From positions 81 through 64,080 of the forward strand of contig CAZPSE010000006.1 in the NCBI GenBank assembly GCA_964589575.1: 64,000 nucleotides of DNA, in the 5' to 3' direction. This DNA is from an uncultured Gammaproteobacteria bacterium. Lineage in GTDB: Bacteria; Pseudomonadota; Gammaproteobacteria; QNFE01; CAZPSE01. The notes under the pieces were generated by a model that worked only from the letters and a program-made list of their open reading frames with translations, did no database searches and was not told the DNA's origin. Below, in pieces: positions 44,239 through 55,957 of this stretch (positions are counted from its first letter, which is position 1; each line of letters opens with the position of its first letter). Both the position numbers and the translations under genes were made by a program.

Positions 44239-44534
44239 GTTTACTGTTGATATTTGATGTTTTAATCGGTTTAACCTTGCTTTGGCTAGCATGGCAAGCG
44301 TTAAGCAGCCCCGATTTATTTCGTGCTGTTGTGTTATTTATCGCCTTTGGTTTATTAATGGCTTTGGCATGGGTTCGTTTAGACGCGCCAGATGTGGCCC
44401 TAGCAGAAGCGACAATAGGCGCGGGTTTAACCGGTGCATTACTACTTTCCTCGTTGGCGCGTATCCGTTTAGAGTCAAATAGAAGCAAGAACATTAAAAA
44501 TAAAAACAGCATAAGTGCAACGAAAGATACTTAA
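44226..44534 (+). CDS. MrpB N-terminal-like small membrane subunit (DUF4040/MbhD-like)
   Basis: 102 aa, 3 TM helices. It is in the position of MbhD in Mbh/Mrp modules. Confidence 0.5.
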   Translation: MEAISLLLIFDVLIGLTLLWLAWQALSSPDLFRAVVLFIAFGLLMALAWVRLDAPDVALAEATIGAGLTGALLLSSLARIRLESNRSKNIKNKNSISATKDT

Positions 44535-44539
44535 TAACT

Positions 44540-45226
44540 ATGGACGATGACATCAAACAACCGCCTTTATTTATTAGGCTACTACTTATACTGTTGTTAG
44601 GCGGGTTAACGGTAAGTTTGTCGGTGGCTATTTTGTCTTTGCCAGAACAAGCACCAGGTTTAAGTACAGATGTTGCTGAAAATTTAAATAAAAGTGGGGT
44701 AAGCAACCCCGTTACTGCCGTTTTACTTAATTACCGAGCTTACGATACCTTGCTAGAGCTGGGTGTACTGTTTTTAGCATTACTAGGTATTTGGTCGCTT
44801 GGGGAAAGCGCTAAACCCATAAACGCTAAACCAGGCCCTGTATTAGATATACTATCTCGTGTGTTAACACCATTACTTATTTTGGTTGCGGGTTACCTTT
44901 TATGGGTTGGTGCTTATCAACCAGGTGGTGCTTTTCAAGCTGGCGCGGTATTAGGGGCTGCGGGCGTTTTACTGTTATTAAGTGGTTGGCAACTCAATGC
45001 CAAATATGCAGGTTTTGCTTTTCGTGTTAGCGTGGTTGCAGGTTTGCTTATTTTTGTCATTATTGGTTTAACTTTTATCTTGTTTTCTAACCAGTTTCTT
45101 CAATACCCACCTTATTACGCACCCGGTTTGATTTTATTTATAGAAACCGCGGCAACTGTATCTATTGGGATAAGCTTAGTCGCGCTTTTTTTAGGCGGTG
45201 AACCAAAATCGGGGCTACAAAAATGA
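44540..45226 (+). CDS. Antiporter subunit B (MrpB/MnhB-like)
   Basis: 228-aa polytopic membrane protein. Confidence 0.6.
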   Translation: MDDDIKQPPLFIRLLLILLLGGLTVSLSVAILSLPEQAPGLSTDVAENLNKSGVSNPVTAVLLNYRAYDTLLELGVLFLALLGIWSLGESAKPINAKPGPVLDILSRVLTPLLILVAGYLLWVGAYQPGGAFQAGAVLGAAGVLLLLSGWQLNAKYAGFAFRVSVVAGLLIFVIIGLTFILFSNQFLQYPPYYAPGLILFIETAATVSIGISLVALFLGGEPKSGLQK

Positions 45227-45528
45227 GTTCAACATTTTTTTATGCATTAGTGGGCGTAGGTTTATTTAGCATTGGTATCTATGCCTTAATTATTTATGCC
45301 CATTTATTACGTAAAATTCTTGCAATTAATGTTATGGGCAGTGGCGTGTTTTTGGTGTTAGTGGCATTAGCCACACGAACAGGTGCAACCCCAGATGCAG
45401 TACCCCATGCAATGGTTATAACCGGTATTGTAGTTGCGGTATCTGCTACCGCTTTGGCACTGGCATTACTGTTAAAAGTACAATCAGAAACTGGCAGTGT
45501 AGAACTGCCAGAAGAACCGTTGGAGTAG
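45223..45528 (+). CDS. Antiporter subunit C (MrpC/MnhC, NuoK-like)
   Basis: 101 aa, 3 TM helices, NuoK-like. Confidence 0.75.
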   Translation: MSSTFFYALVGVGLFSIGIYALIIYAHLLRKILAINVMGSGVFLVLVALATRTGATPDAVPHAMVITGIVVAVSATALALALLLKVQSETGSVELPEEPLE

Positions 45529-45531
45529 ATA

Positions 45532-46977
45532 TTGATAGAAGGTTTTCATTGGCTAATTTTTGTTATATTTACCCCTCTTATAGGGGCGGTAAGTTGCTTT
45601 TTATGGCCTAAATACAACGTAAAACTGGCATTAATCACAACGTTTTTGTCGGTGTTTAGTGTTGCGGGTCTCACTTGGCAAATTGTCATTTATGGCGCGC
45701 AACGTTATAAATTGGGCGGTTGGGATGCACCGTTAGGTATACATCTTTATGTAGACGGTTTAAGCCTGTTAATGTTAATAATAACGGCTGTTGTAGGTTT
45801 GGCTATTAGTGTTTATTCTTCTGCTTATTTTAAAGCAGAAAAAGCCAAATATTTTTGGCCATTATGGTTGTTTTTGTGGTCGGCTTTAAATGGCTTATTT
45901 GTATCTGCGGATATTTTTAATCTTTTTGTTACATTAGAATTAATAGGTTTATCGGCAGTTGCTTTGGTCGCCTTGTCTGGTGGTGCTAATGCGATAACGT
46001 CTGCAATGCGTTATTTATTAGTGAGTTTACTCGGCTCACTCTTTTACCTTATGGGCGTAGCCTTGCTTTATCACAGTTATGGCACGGTCGATATTATGAT
46101 GTTGGGGCAACAGGCACAATTAACACCCACCATGTGGTTAGCTATCGGTTTAATTACTTCGGGCTTGCTGCTTAAAACTGCACTGTTTCCAATGCATTTT
46201 TGGTTGCCACCGGCACACTCTAGTGCGCCTACACCTGTTAGTGCGTTATTGTCAGCGTTAGTGGTTAAAGCTTCTTTTTATATTTTGTTGCGGTTGTGGT
46301 TAGACGTATTTCCATTAACTATAGAACCTGCAACAATTAATATTGGCATGATTTTAGGTTTGCTAGGTTCGACGGCAATAATTTGGGGCGGCGTTCAAGC
46401 ATTGCGTCAAACACGGTTAAAATTATTGGTTGCTTATTCAACCGTAGTACAAATTGGTTATATGTTTTTGGCCTTTCCTTTAGCAAGTATTTTAGGCTGG
46501 AAAGCCGCGCTTTATTTTGTACTGGCACATGCTGTTGCCAAAACGGCCATGTTTATGGCAGCAGGTAATATTTTGTTTTACGGAGGACATGATCGCATTG
46601 TAGATTTGGACAGAGTTGCCCAGCGTTTGCCCATAACTTTAATAGCATTTGGTGTTGCAGGCGTTAGCCTTATGGGGTTGCCACCAAGTGGTGGCTTTAT
46701 TGCAAAATGGTTATTACTAGAGGCGGCGATTGTTTCCGGTCAATGGTGGTGGGGTTTAATGTTAATAGCTGGGGGGTTACTAACCGGTACCTATGTGTTT
46801 AAAGTTATTGGTTATGCTTTTACAGAAGCAGAATGCCCGCATGAAGCTAAAAAGGTGCCTAAAATTATGGAATGGACGGCATTAATGATGGCTATATTGG
46901 CAATAGTATTGGGTTTTCTTGCACCGGTATTGCTGCCGTTAATGGAAATTGGTACTCCGTTTGGTGAAAGTTTATGA
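45532..46977 (+). CDS. Antiporter subunit D (MrpD-like, NuoN/NuoM family), TTG start
   Basis: 481 aa. It has about 14 TM helices and proton-pumping antiporter-like conserved regions (HFWLPxAH). Confidence 0.75.
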   Translation: MIEGFHWLIFVIFTPLIGAVSCFLWPKYNVKLALITTFLSVFSVAGLTWQIVIYGAQRYKLGGWDAPLGIHLYVDGLSLLMLIITAVVGLAISVYSSAYFKAEKAKYFWPLWLFLWSALNGLFVSADIFNLFVTLELIGLSAVALVALSGGANAITSAMRYLLVSLLGSLFYLMGVALLYHSYGTVDIMMLGQQAQLTPTMWLAIGLITSGLLLKTALFPMHFWLPPAHSSAPTPVSALLSALVVKASFYILLRLWLDVFPLTIEPATINIGMILGLLGSTAIIWGGVQALRQTRLKLLVAYSTVVQIGYMFLAFPLASILGWKAALYFVLAHAVAKTAMFMAAGNILFYGGHDRIVDLDRVAQRLPITLIAFGVAGVSLMGLPPSGGFIAKWLLLEAAIVSGQWWWGLMLIAGGLLTGTYVFKVIGYAFTEAECPHEAKKVPKIMEWTALMMAILAIVLGFLAPVLLPLMEIGTPFGESL

Positions 46978-48473
46978 TGAATTGGGAAAGCTGGATGCCA
47001 CTATCAGTTGTTCTTAGCTCATTTATTGTTGCGCTATTAATTTTCCCCTTGTCAGAAGAGAAAGCGAAAACCCGTATGATTTTAAACATGGCAGGTGCTT
47101 TGTTTAAGCTGGCATTGGTTATTGCCATGTTGTGGGGCGTGTATAACGGTTATCATTTTGAAACCCGCATAGCGATGTTACCTGGGCTAGACTTTGTTTT
47201 AAGAGCTGATGCCTTGTCTATGTTGTTTGTAACGCTTTCTGCGGGTCTTTGGTTATTAACTACCGTTTACGCTATTGGTTATCTCGAAGATTCCCCTCAT
47301 CGAAGCCGTTTTTTTGGTTTTTTTAGCCTTTGTGTAACGGCAACAGTAGGTGTTGCACTGTCAGGTAATTTACTTACATTTTTGGTGTTTTACGAACTCT
47401 TAACACTGGCAACCTACCCATTAATTGTACACAGAGGAACAGAAGCTGCACGTAAAGCAGGGCGGACTTATCTTGTTTATACCCTATCTGGTGGTGCAAT
47501 GCTTCTGCTTGGTACAATTTGGTTATACACCATTACTGGCACGCTAGAATTTACTCCTCAGGGGTTTGTTTCAGCCTTAGACAGTTCCTACCATCCGTCA
47601 CTTATTATTATTTTTGTATTGTTAATGATTGGCTTGGGTGTCAAAGCGGCACTTATACCTTTTCATGGCTGGCTGCCTCAATCTATGGTTGCCCCTGCAC
47701 CGGTAAGTGCCTTATTGCATGCGGTGGCCGTTGTAAAAGCCGGGGCGTTTGGCATTATTAGGGTGCTTTACGATGTGTTTGGAATAGAATTTAGTGCCAC
47801 CTTGGGCGTAACTTTACCCTTAGCAATTATTGCCGGAGTAACCGTTATATATGGCTCGACGCGGGCGCTCTTTCAGGACGATTTAAAACGACGATTGGCA
47901 TTCTCCACCGTCAGTCAAGTTTCTTACATTATTCTTGGTGTTGCTATAGTGGGCCCAGTAGCCACCATTGGTGGCATGGTGCATTTAGTGCACCAAGGGG
48001 TAATGAAAATAACCCTGTTTTTTTGCGCCGGTAACTTTGCAGAAACGCTGGGTATACACAAAATAAGTGAAATGAACGGGGTAGGTAAACGCATGCCATG
48101 GACTATGGCGGCTTTTACCATTGGTGCTTTTGGTATGATTGGTGCGCCCCCACTTGCGGGTTTTATTAGTAAATGGTATTTAGGCGTGGGTGCGTTAGAG
48201 GCAGGCCAAGGCTGGGTAATATACATTTTGGTAGGCAGTAGTTTGCTAAATGCCGCTTATTTTTTACCTATTTTATACGCCGCTTGGTTTAAACCACAAA
48301 TAGGAAAATGGCCAGCCGAACGCAAATTTGGCTCTTTTGAAACCGCTTTAGCATTATTGGCACCGCCGGTTATAACAGCAATATTGGCGGTGTTATTGGG
48401 TTTACTGGCATCGACTCCTTTTAGCCCGCTAGAGTGGGCGCGTTTTATTACCTTAAAGGAATATCGATTGTGA
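46974..48473 (+). CDS. Second MrpD/NuoM-like antiporter subunit
   Basis: 499 aa with FHGWLP and VHQGVMK motifs typical of NuoM/MrpD. Confidence 0.75.
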   Translation: MMNWESWMPLSVVLSSFIVALLIFPLSEEKAKTRMILNMAGALFKLALVIAMLWGVYNGYHFETRIAMLPGLDFVLRADALSMLFVTLSAGLWLLTTVYAIGYLEDSPHRSRFFGFFSLCVTATVGVALSGNLLTFLVFYELLTLATYPLIVHRGTEAARKAGRTYLVYTLSGGAMLLLGTIWLYTITGTLEFTPQGFVSALDSSYHPSLIIIFVLLMIGLGVKAALIPFHGWLPQSMVAPAPVSALLHAVAVVKAGAFGIIRVLYDVFGIEFSATLGVTLPLAIIAGVTVIYGSTRALFQDDLKRRLAFSTVSQVSYIILGVAIVGPVATIGGMVHLVHQGVMKITLFFCAGNFAETLGIHKISEMNGVGKRMPWTMAAFTIGAFGMIGAPPLAGFISKWYLGVGALEAGQGWVIYILVGSSLLNAAYFLPILYAAWFKPQIGKWPAERKFGSFETALALLAPPVITAILAVLLGLLASTPFSPLEWARFITLKEYRL

Positions 48474-48540
48474 AACATTATCTAAGCTTGGCTCTAGTAA
48501 TTGACGTGTTAAAACTGCCGAGTGTTTTAGTGACTACCGC

Positions 48541-50367
48541 TTGGCTAAGCAAAGGCGTGTCTCTTTTATGATGGCATTAACACCCTCACTATTTTTATTA
48601 ATGGTGCCTACTTTACCTTTTTTGCTAGCAGTAGCATTAATGGTCAGTTCTAAACGTGACAAACTGGTTTTTTTGGCACCTTGGGTTATTTTACCCGCGT
48701 TATTGTTGCCCATAATATTACCAGTAGGGTTTGAGCTTGAACTGCCGTGGATGTTATTAGGTGTTCATTTAGGTTATGACGATACTGCTAGAGTTTTTTT
48801 GATTTTTAGTTCAATACTTTGGTTAGTGGCCAGTATATATGCCTTTGGCTATTTTGATAATAAGGCTGAAAAAACAAACTTTTTTAGTTACTTCATGTTG
48901 GCTATGACGGGTAATTTTGGTCTTATACTGGCCCAAGACGTACTGATGTTTTTTACCTTCTTCACTTTAATGAGCCTTGCCAGCTATGGTTTGGTGGTAC
49001 ACAACCGTGGTGTAGAGGCTTTAAGAGCAGGGCGTATTTACATCATTTTAGTGATTGTTGCAGAAGTCACTTTGTTTGCCGGCTTTGTTATGGCCACTTT
49101 AGCGGCAGGTAGTACAGAGTTTGTTGATTTTCGCAGATTAATCCCTTTGTCAGATTCTAAAGACGTAATTATGGCATTGGTATTTTTAGGTTTTGGTATT
49201 AAAGCTGGGGTAATTGGTTTGCATGTTTGGTTACCATTAGCGCACCCCGTTGCGCCCACGCCAGCTAGTGCGGTTCTTTCGGGGGCTATGATAGCGGCAG
49301 GTTTATTGGGTTGGATGCGTGTAATGCCACTTGGCGAAGCGGCTTTACCCTTTTGGGGTGCCGTTATGATTATTGCCGGCATGGTTGCTACTTTTTACGC
49401 CGTTTTTGTTGGGGTATTACAACGTAACGCAAAAACAGTTTTGGCTTACTCTAGCATTAGCAGCATGGGCATTATGACTATGGCGACTGGTTTAGGGCTT
49501 ATTGCGCCTAATAATTGGCCATTTATTTTAACTGCTATTTTAGTCTATGTTATGCAGCATGGCCTTGCTAAGGGTGCATTATTTCTTGGCGTGGGGTTAT
49601 GTGCAAAACCTGTCGTATCTCGTAGCTTGCGCTACTTGTTTATTGTGGCATTACTCATTCCCGTACTCACTTTGGCGGGTGCGCCACTAACAAGTGGATT
49701 AATTGCTAAGCATTTACTAAATATACAGTTAATAGAAGCCGCATCGCCTTGGGCAAATTGGGTGCAAATGCTACTACCTTGGAGTGCCATAGCAAGCAGT
49801 GCACTTTTAATTCGTTTTTTATTTTTAGTTTGGCCACAAGCAAATGATACAAGCGACTCTAAAGCGGTTTTAACTACCCCTGTAATGTTAGCAAGCTATA
49901 TTAAATGGGGTTCTTGGTTAGCATTGGTTGCCGTAGTTGCACTTAGCCCGTGGTTGGTTTCGTTAATAATAATTAAAGATGGCTCGACACCCTATTACTG
50001 GTCAATAGCATCATCAATTAGCGCGTTGTGGTCTATAGTATTGGCCTTAACCGTAGCGGCAGGCGCATGGTTTATTACACGCCATACCCTGTTTTATAAA
50101 AAGTTGGCTATACCCGCAGGTGATATGGTTATTATTGTAGAACAATGGCTATGGCCGCAACTCGTGTTAATGGTATCAATGGTTTTTACTGTATTAAATA
50201 AACCAAGGTTATTTTTATTAGCCAAAATAAATGAATGGCTTAATGGTGACAATTTAACTTCTGTGATGACGAGTTTAGAGGTGCGATGTAAACACTGGAC
50301 AGTGGCAACAACTTTGTTGCTGGTACTGGTTGCTGTGTTTGTTTTTACCCTTAGCGTTTATGGTTAA
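48541..50367 (+). CDS. MrpA/NuoL-like large antiporter subunit (lacks the MrpB-like C-terminal domain)
   Basis: 608 aa, polytopic, with a WLPLAHPVAPTP motif. Confidence 0.7.
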   Translation: MAKQRRVSFMMALTPSLFLLMVPTLPFLLAVALMVSSKRDKLVFLAPWVILPALLLPIILPVGFELELPWMLLGVHLGYDDTARVFLIFSSILWLVASIYAFGYFDNKAEKTNFFSYFMLAMTGNFGLILAQDVLMFFTFFTLMSLASYGLVVHNRGVEALRAGRIYIILVIVAEVTLFAGFVMATLAAGSTEFVDFRRLIPLSDSKDVIMALVFLGFGIKAGVIGLHVWLPLAHPVAPTPASAVLSGAMIAAGLLGWMRVMPLGEAALPFWGAVMIIAGMVATFYAVFVGVLQRNAKTVLAYSSISSMGIMTMATGLGLIAPNNWPFILTAILVYVMQHGLAKGALFLGVGLCAKPVVSRSLRYLFIVALLIPVLTLAGAPLTSGLIAKHLLNIQLIEAASPWANWVQMLLPWSAIASSALLIRFLFLVWPQANDTSDSKAVLTTPVMLASYIKWGSWLALVAVVALSPWLVSLIIIKDGSTPYYWSIASSISALWSIVLALTVAAGAWFITRHTLFYKKLAIPAGDMVIIVEQWLWPQLVLMVSMVFTVLNKPRLFLLAKINEWLNGDNLTSVMTSLEVRCKHWTVATTLLLVLVAVFVFTLSVYG

Positions 50368-50436
50368 ACTGCAAATGCCAGCAGTAACTTGGCAGCAAAA
50401 AGTGCAAATATAAAAAGCCCTAAAACGGCTAAAATC

Positions 50437-50449
50437 GTCGACCCCTTGC
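50437..50449. repeat. Solo GTCGACCCCTTGC repeat copy
   Basis: Read directly in the sequence. Confidence 0.8.
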
Positions 50450-50466
50450 TCTTATTTGAATGCAAA

Positions 50467-50632
50467 CCCTAATCCTCATATAGAAAATATAAAAATGCCA
50501 CAATCCTTTAATGCACCTAGTAAAACTAAAAATCGTCTCATCACCAATAAGGTGACCACGACGTTTTTAATTTCCCTATGCACATCAAATGATTGCACCT
50601 GTTTCACATTTCTATATGAGGATTAGGGTAAT
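50467..50632. repeat. Cassette bounded by 20-bp inverted repeats: ccctaatcctcatatagaaa (50467-50486) and tttctatatgaggattaggg (50609-50628). A third solo copy lies at 62176-62199
   Basis: Perfect 20-bp inverted repeats flank about 120 bp. The interior contains a possible 43-codon ORF (50495-50626). Confidence 0.75.
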
Positions 50633-50697
50633 AGATTCCTTAATGAAACCTTCATAATAGGTTAAAATAGCCTTTTTAAATTCACCTTATTATTTTC

Positions 50698-52591
<1,894 letters not shown>

Positions 52592-52602
52592 CAGGAACAA
52601 AA

Positions 52603-53811
52603 ATGGCAACAGTTACAAACAATCGAGTTTTATCTGGCATGCGCCCAACGGGGCTTTTGCATTTAGGACACTACCACGGTGTATTAAAAAACTGGATTGA
52701 ATTACAGCACAATTACGAATGTTTCTTTTTTGTAGCAGATTGGCACGCCCTAACCACCCATTACGAAACACCGGGCGATATTGAACAACACAATTTTAAT
52801 ATGGTTGTAGATTGGCTTGCCGCAGGCGTTAGCCCAGGTTCATCTAAAATATTTATACAATCTAAAGTGCCAGAACATGCAGAATTGCACCTATTATTGT
52901 CTATGATTACGCCGTTAGGCTGGTTAGAACGCGTACCCAGTTATAAAGACCAACAACTAAAATTGCGTGAAAAAGACCTCACCACCTACGGTTTTTTAGG
53001 TTATCCGCTGTTGCAAAGTGCCGACATATTAATGTACAAAGCCGGGCAAGTACCCGTAGGCGAAGACCAAGTAGCCCACATAGAATTAACCCGAGAAGTA
53101 GCCAGACGTTTTAACCACATGTACGGAAGAGAAATAGGTTACGAAGAAAAAGCATTGGCCGCAGTAAAAAAAATGGGTAAGAAAAATGCTAAATTATTCA
53201 ATATCTTACAGCGTAATTATCAAGAACAAGGTGATCAAAAAAGTTTAGAAGTTGGACAAGCTTTATTGGAAGCACAAAAAAATATTTCAGTTGGCGATAA
53301 AGAAAGACTATTCGGCTTTTTAGAAGGTGTCGGAAAAATAATATTGCCAGAACCGCAATCGTTATTAACTAAATCATCAAAAATGCCGGGTTTAGACGGA
53401 CAAAAAATGTCCAAATCATACGGCAACACCATCTCATTACGAGACGACCCAGACGTAATAGAAAAGAAAATACGTACCATGCCAACAGATACCGCACGTA
53501 TCAGGCTTACCGACCCCGGCAACCCTGCACATTGCCCAGTATGGCAACTGCACGAAGTCTATTCGGACAATGATGTAAAAGACTGGGTAATGAAAGGCTG
53601 TACCGAAGCAGGTATAGGTTGTATCGCTTGTAAACAACCCATAATAGATGCGGTAAAAATTGAGTTAACAGAAATACAATACAGAGCAAAAGAATATATA
53701 AGTGACCCATCGTCGGTAAAAGAAATAATAAACGAAGGCACAGAAGCTGCACGCGAAGTTGCAAGAGAAACCTTAGAAGAAGTTAAAATTGCGATGGGTA
53801 TGAACTATTAA
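52603..53811 (+). CDS. trpS: Tryptophanyl-tRNA synthetase (long form, ~60-aa insertion before KMSKS)
   Basis: HLGHY HIGH-type motif and a KMSKS motif. At 402 aa it is longer than the 334 aa of E. coli TrpS. Confidence 0.85.
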   Translation: MATVTNNRVLSGMRPTGLLHLGHYHGVLKNWIELQHNYECFFFVADWHALTTHYETPGDIEQHNFNMVVDWLAAGVSPGSSKIFIQSKVPEHAELHLLLSMITPLGWLERVPSYKDQQLKLREKDLTTYGFLGYPLLQSADILMYKAGQVPVGEDQVAHIELTREVARRFNHMYGREIGYEEKALAAVKKMGKKNAKLFNILQRNYQEQGDQKSLEVGQALLEAQKNISVGDKERLFGFLEGVGKIILPEPQSLLTKSSKMPGLDGQKMSKSYGNTISLRDDPDVIEKKIRTMPTDTARIRLTDPGNPAHCPVWQLHEVYSDNDVKDWVMKGCTEAGIGCIACKQPIIDAVKIELTEIQYRAKEYISDPSSVKEIINEGTEAAREVARETLEEVKIAMGMNY

Positions 53812-53813
53812 TT

Positions 53814-54641
53814 ATGGACGCGCAAACTGGAAAACCATCAAACTTAGCCAAACAAGATGAAATGCCGTTTGCGATTGTGCAAGGCGAAAGCCTGTCTATA
53901 TTACCGAAAGATTTATACATACCGCCAGACGCTTTAGAAGTAATTTTAGAAGCATTTGAAGGCCCTTTAGATTTGCTTTTATATTTAATTAAACGTCAAA
54001 ATTTAAATATTTTAGAAATTCCCATTTCAGAAATAACCACGCAATACATGGAATATATTGCGTTAATGGACTCTTTACAGTTTGAATTAGCAGCCGAATA
54101 CTTAGTCATGGCCGCCATGCTTGCCGAAATTAAATCGCGCATGTTATTACCGCGTATAGGCGAAACAGATGATGAAGAAGACCCAAGGGCAGAATTAATA
54201 CGCCGATTACAAGAGTATGAACGCTATAAAAAAGTAGCCACAGAACTGGACCAATTACCCCGCATAGAACGCGATTTTGACATAGCACAGGCGCATATAG
54301 AACTACCAGAAAAACAAAACCAACAACCAGACATAGAACTAAAAGACTTAATAGAAGCTTTTGAAGCAATCGTTAAACGTTCATCTATGTTTAAAAGCCA
54401 CCTTATTTCAAAAGAGCCATTATCTGTTAGAGAGCGTATGGGCGTAGTTTTATCTAAACTCACCGATAACGAATTTGTTTATTTTGGCGACTTGTTTACC
54501 GACGAAGAAGGCCGCGCAGGAGCAGTAGTGACTTTTTTAGCAATACTAGAACTGATAAAAGGCAGTTTGATAGAGTTAGTGCAAAACTTACCATACTCTA
54601 AAATATACGTTCGACCAAAAACAGCAATTCAGGAAGTTTAA
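53814..54641 (+). CDS. scpA: Segregation and condensation protein A
   Basis: 275 aa, FEGPLDLLLYLIKRQNLNILEIPISEIT motif. Confidence 0.88.
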   Translation: MDAQTGKPSNLAKQDEMPFAIVQGESLSILPKDLYIPPDALEVILEAFEGPLDLLLYLIKRQNLNILEIPISEITTQYMEYIALMDSLQFELAAEYLVMAAMLAEIKSRMLLPRIGETDDEEDPRAELIRRLQEYERYKKVATELDQLPRIERDFDIAQAHIELPEKQNQQPDIELKDLIEAFEAIVKRSSMFKSHLISKEPLSVRERMGVVLSKLTDNEFVYFGDLFTDEEGRAGAVVTFLAILELIKGSLIELVQNLPYSKIYVRPKTAIQEV

Positions 54642-54645
54642 AGTA

Positions 54646-55221
54646 ATGAACCCAAACGCATTAGAAAATGTCGTAGAAGCCATTTTATTATCCACCGCCA
54701 ACCCGATGAGTGTAAAAAAAATAGTCGAACTATTAACACTCAACGACGAAGTTTCCCCGCCCAACAGTAAAGACGTAGGCAAAGCACTTAACGATTTAGC
54801 CGACAATTTAACCAATAGGGCGGTAGAGTTAGTAGAAGTAGCCAGTGGTTTTAGGATACAAATACGAACCCAGTATTACGCCGAAATTAAAGGTATTTTT
54901 GAAGAAAAACCAGCCAAATACTCTAAAGCCCTATTAGAAACTTTGGCCATAATCACCTACAGACAGCCAATAACACGTTCAGAAATTGAAGAAATACGTG
55001 GCGTAAGCGTAAGCAGCCAAATAGTTAAAAACCTATTAGAACGCAGCTGGATAAAGGTAGTAGGGCATAAAGAAGTACCAGGAAGGCCATCTATGTACGG
55101 CACAACTAGCGAACTGCTTAATTACTTTAACCTAAAGTCTTTAGACGAATTGCCAACCTTGGTAGAGATGCAAGACATAAGCAACTTAAACCAAGAGCTA
55201 GATTTAGACAACCCAAACTAA
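54646..55221 (+). CDS. scpB: Segregation and condensation protein B
   Basis: 191 aa with tandem winged-helix domains, immediately after scpA. Confidence 0.88.
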   Translation: MNPNALENVVEAILLSTANPMSVKKIVELLTLNDEVSPPNSKDVGKALNDLADNLTNRAVELVEVASGFRIQIRTQYYAEIKGIFEEKPAKYSKALLETLAIITYRQPITRSEIEEIRGVSVSSQIVKNLLERSWIKVVGHKEVPGRPSMYGTTSELLNYFNLKSLDELPTLVEMQDISNLNQELDLDNPN

Positions 55222-55228
55222 GCCTTTT

Positions 55229-55780
55229 ATGGACGATCAGCAAGCTGTAAAAAGTGTTAAAAAATGGATTAACGAATTCATTATCCCCAACAATGTTTGT
55301 CCATTCGCCTATAAAGAAATTCAAAACAAAACAACACGTTTTATCGTTAAACAACATAACTCAATTGAAGACACCTTATTTAACATAATAAATGAACTGA
55401 CGCAGTTAGATAAAGAGCTAGAAACCAATACTTCGCTATTTATTATTAACCAAGGGGTCGACGATTTTGATGCTTTTTTAGACTTGGTATCATTGGCAAA
55501 TGCGTTATTAGAAAAGCAAAACTATGCAGGCGTATATCAACTAGCAAGCTTTCACCCGCAATATCAGTTTGAAAATACCAAGCAAGACGCTGCAGAAAAT
55601 TTTAGCAATCGCGCACCATGTCCAGTTATACATATTTTAAGAGAAACAGCCGTTGAGCTAGCGGTTAAGCAACACATAGACGTACATCAAATACCCAAAG
55701 ATAATATCAAACGTTTAAATGAGATTGGTTTTAAAAAATTAAAAGGTGACTTAACAAAACTTATAGACATTAAGTTTTAA
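55229..55780 (+). CDS. Conserved hypothetical protein (DUF1415-like); contains an in-CDS GTCGAC repeat copy at 55453-55468
   Basis: 183 aa. I assign it to this family from memory only. Confidence 0.45.
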   Translation: MDDQQAVKSVKKWINEFIIPNNVCPFAYKEIQNKTTRFIVKQHNSIEDTLFNIINELTQLDKELETNTSLFIINQGVDDFDAFLDLVSLANALLEKQNYAGVYQLASFHPQYQFENTKQDAAENFSNRAPCPVIHILRETAVELAVKQHIDVHQIPKDNIKRLNEIGFKKLKGDLTKLIDIKF

Positions 55781-55794
55781 AAAATATTGTAGGC

Positions 55795-55824
55795 GAAAAA
55801 AAACCACCAGAAGGTGGTTTAAAA
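55795..55824 (+). terminator. Hairpin terminator aaaccaccagaaggtggttt
   Basis: Perfect 6-bp GC-rich stem plus flanking A/T. Confidence 0.6.
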
Positions 55825-55826
55825 AT

Positions 55827-55903
55827 TGGCGCGCCCGGAAGGATTCGAACCTCCGACACCTTAGTTCGTAGCCAAGTACTCTATCCAGCTGAGCTACGGG
55901 CGC
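55827..55903 (-). tRNA. tRNA-Arg (anticodon ACG)
   Basis: Reverse complement is GCGCCCGTAGCTCAGCTGGATAGAGTACTTGGCTACGAACTAAGGTGTCGGAGGTTCGAATCCTTCCGGGCGCGCCA. It forms a cloverleaf with a 7-bp acceptor stem, a CUACGAA anticodon loop and an encoded CCA end. It closely matches E. coli tRNA-Arg(ACG). Confidence 0.92.
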
Positions 55904-55957
55904 ATAATTTGAGCGACGAATTATGTGGATTTATGGCTTTCAAGTCAAGGTTTATTC

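Noticed and set aside
50495-50626. 43-codon ORF inside the IR-bounded cassette
   Set aside because: It has no homology, sits below the ORF-track threshold and is AT-rich, so chance is likely. It is kept only as a note within the cassette finding.
53235-55357. Antisense ORFs within trpS, scpA and scpB (53235-53764, 54130-54463, 54588-54815, 55127-55357)
   Set aside because: They are shadow ORFs of conserved genes on the other strand.
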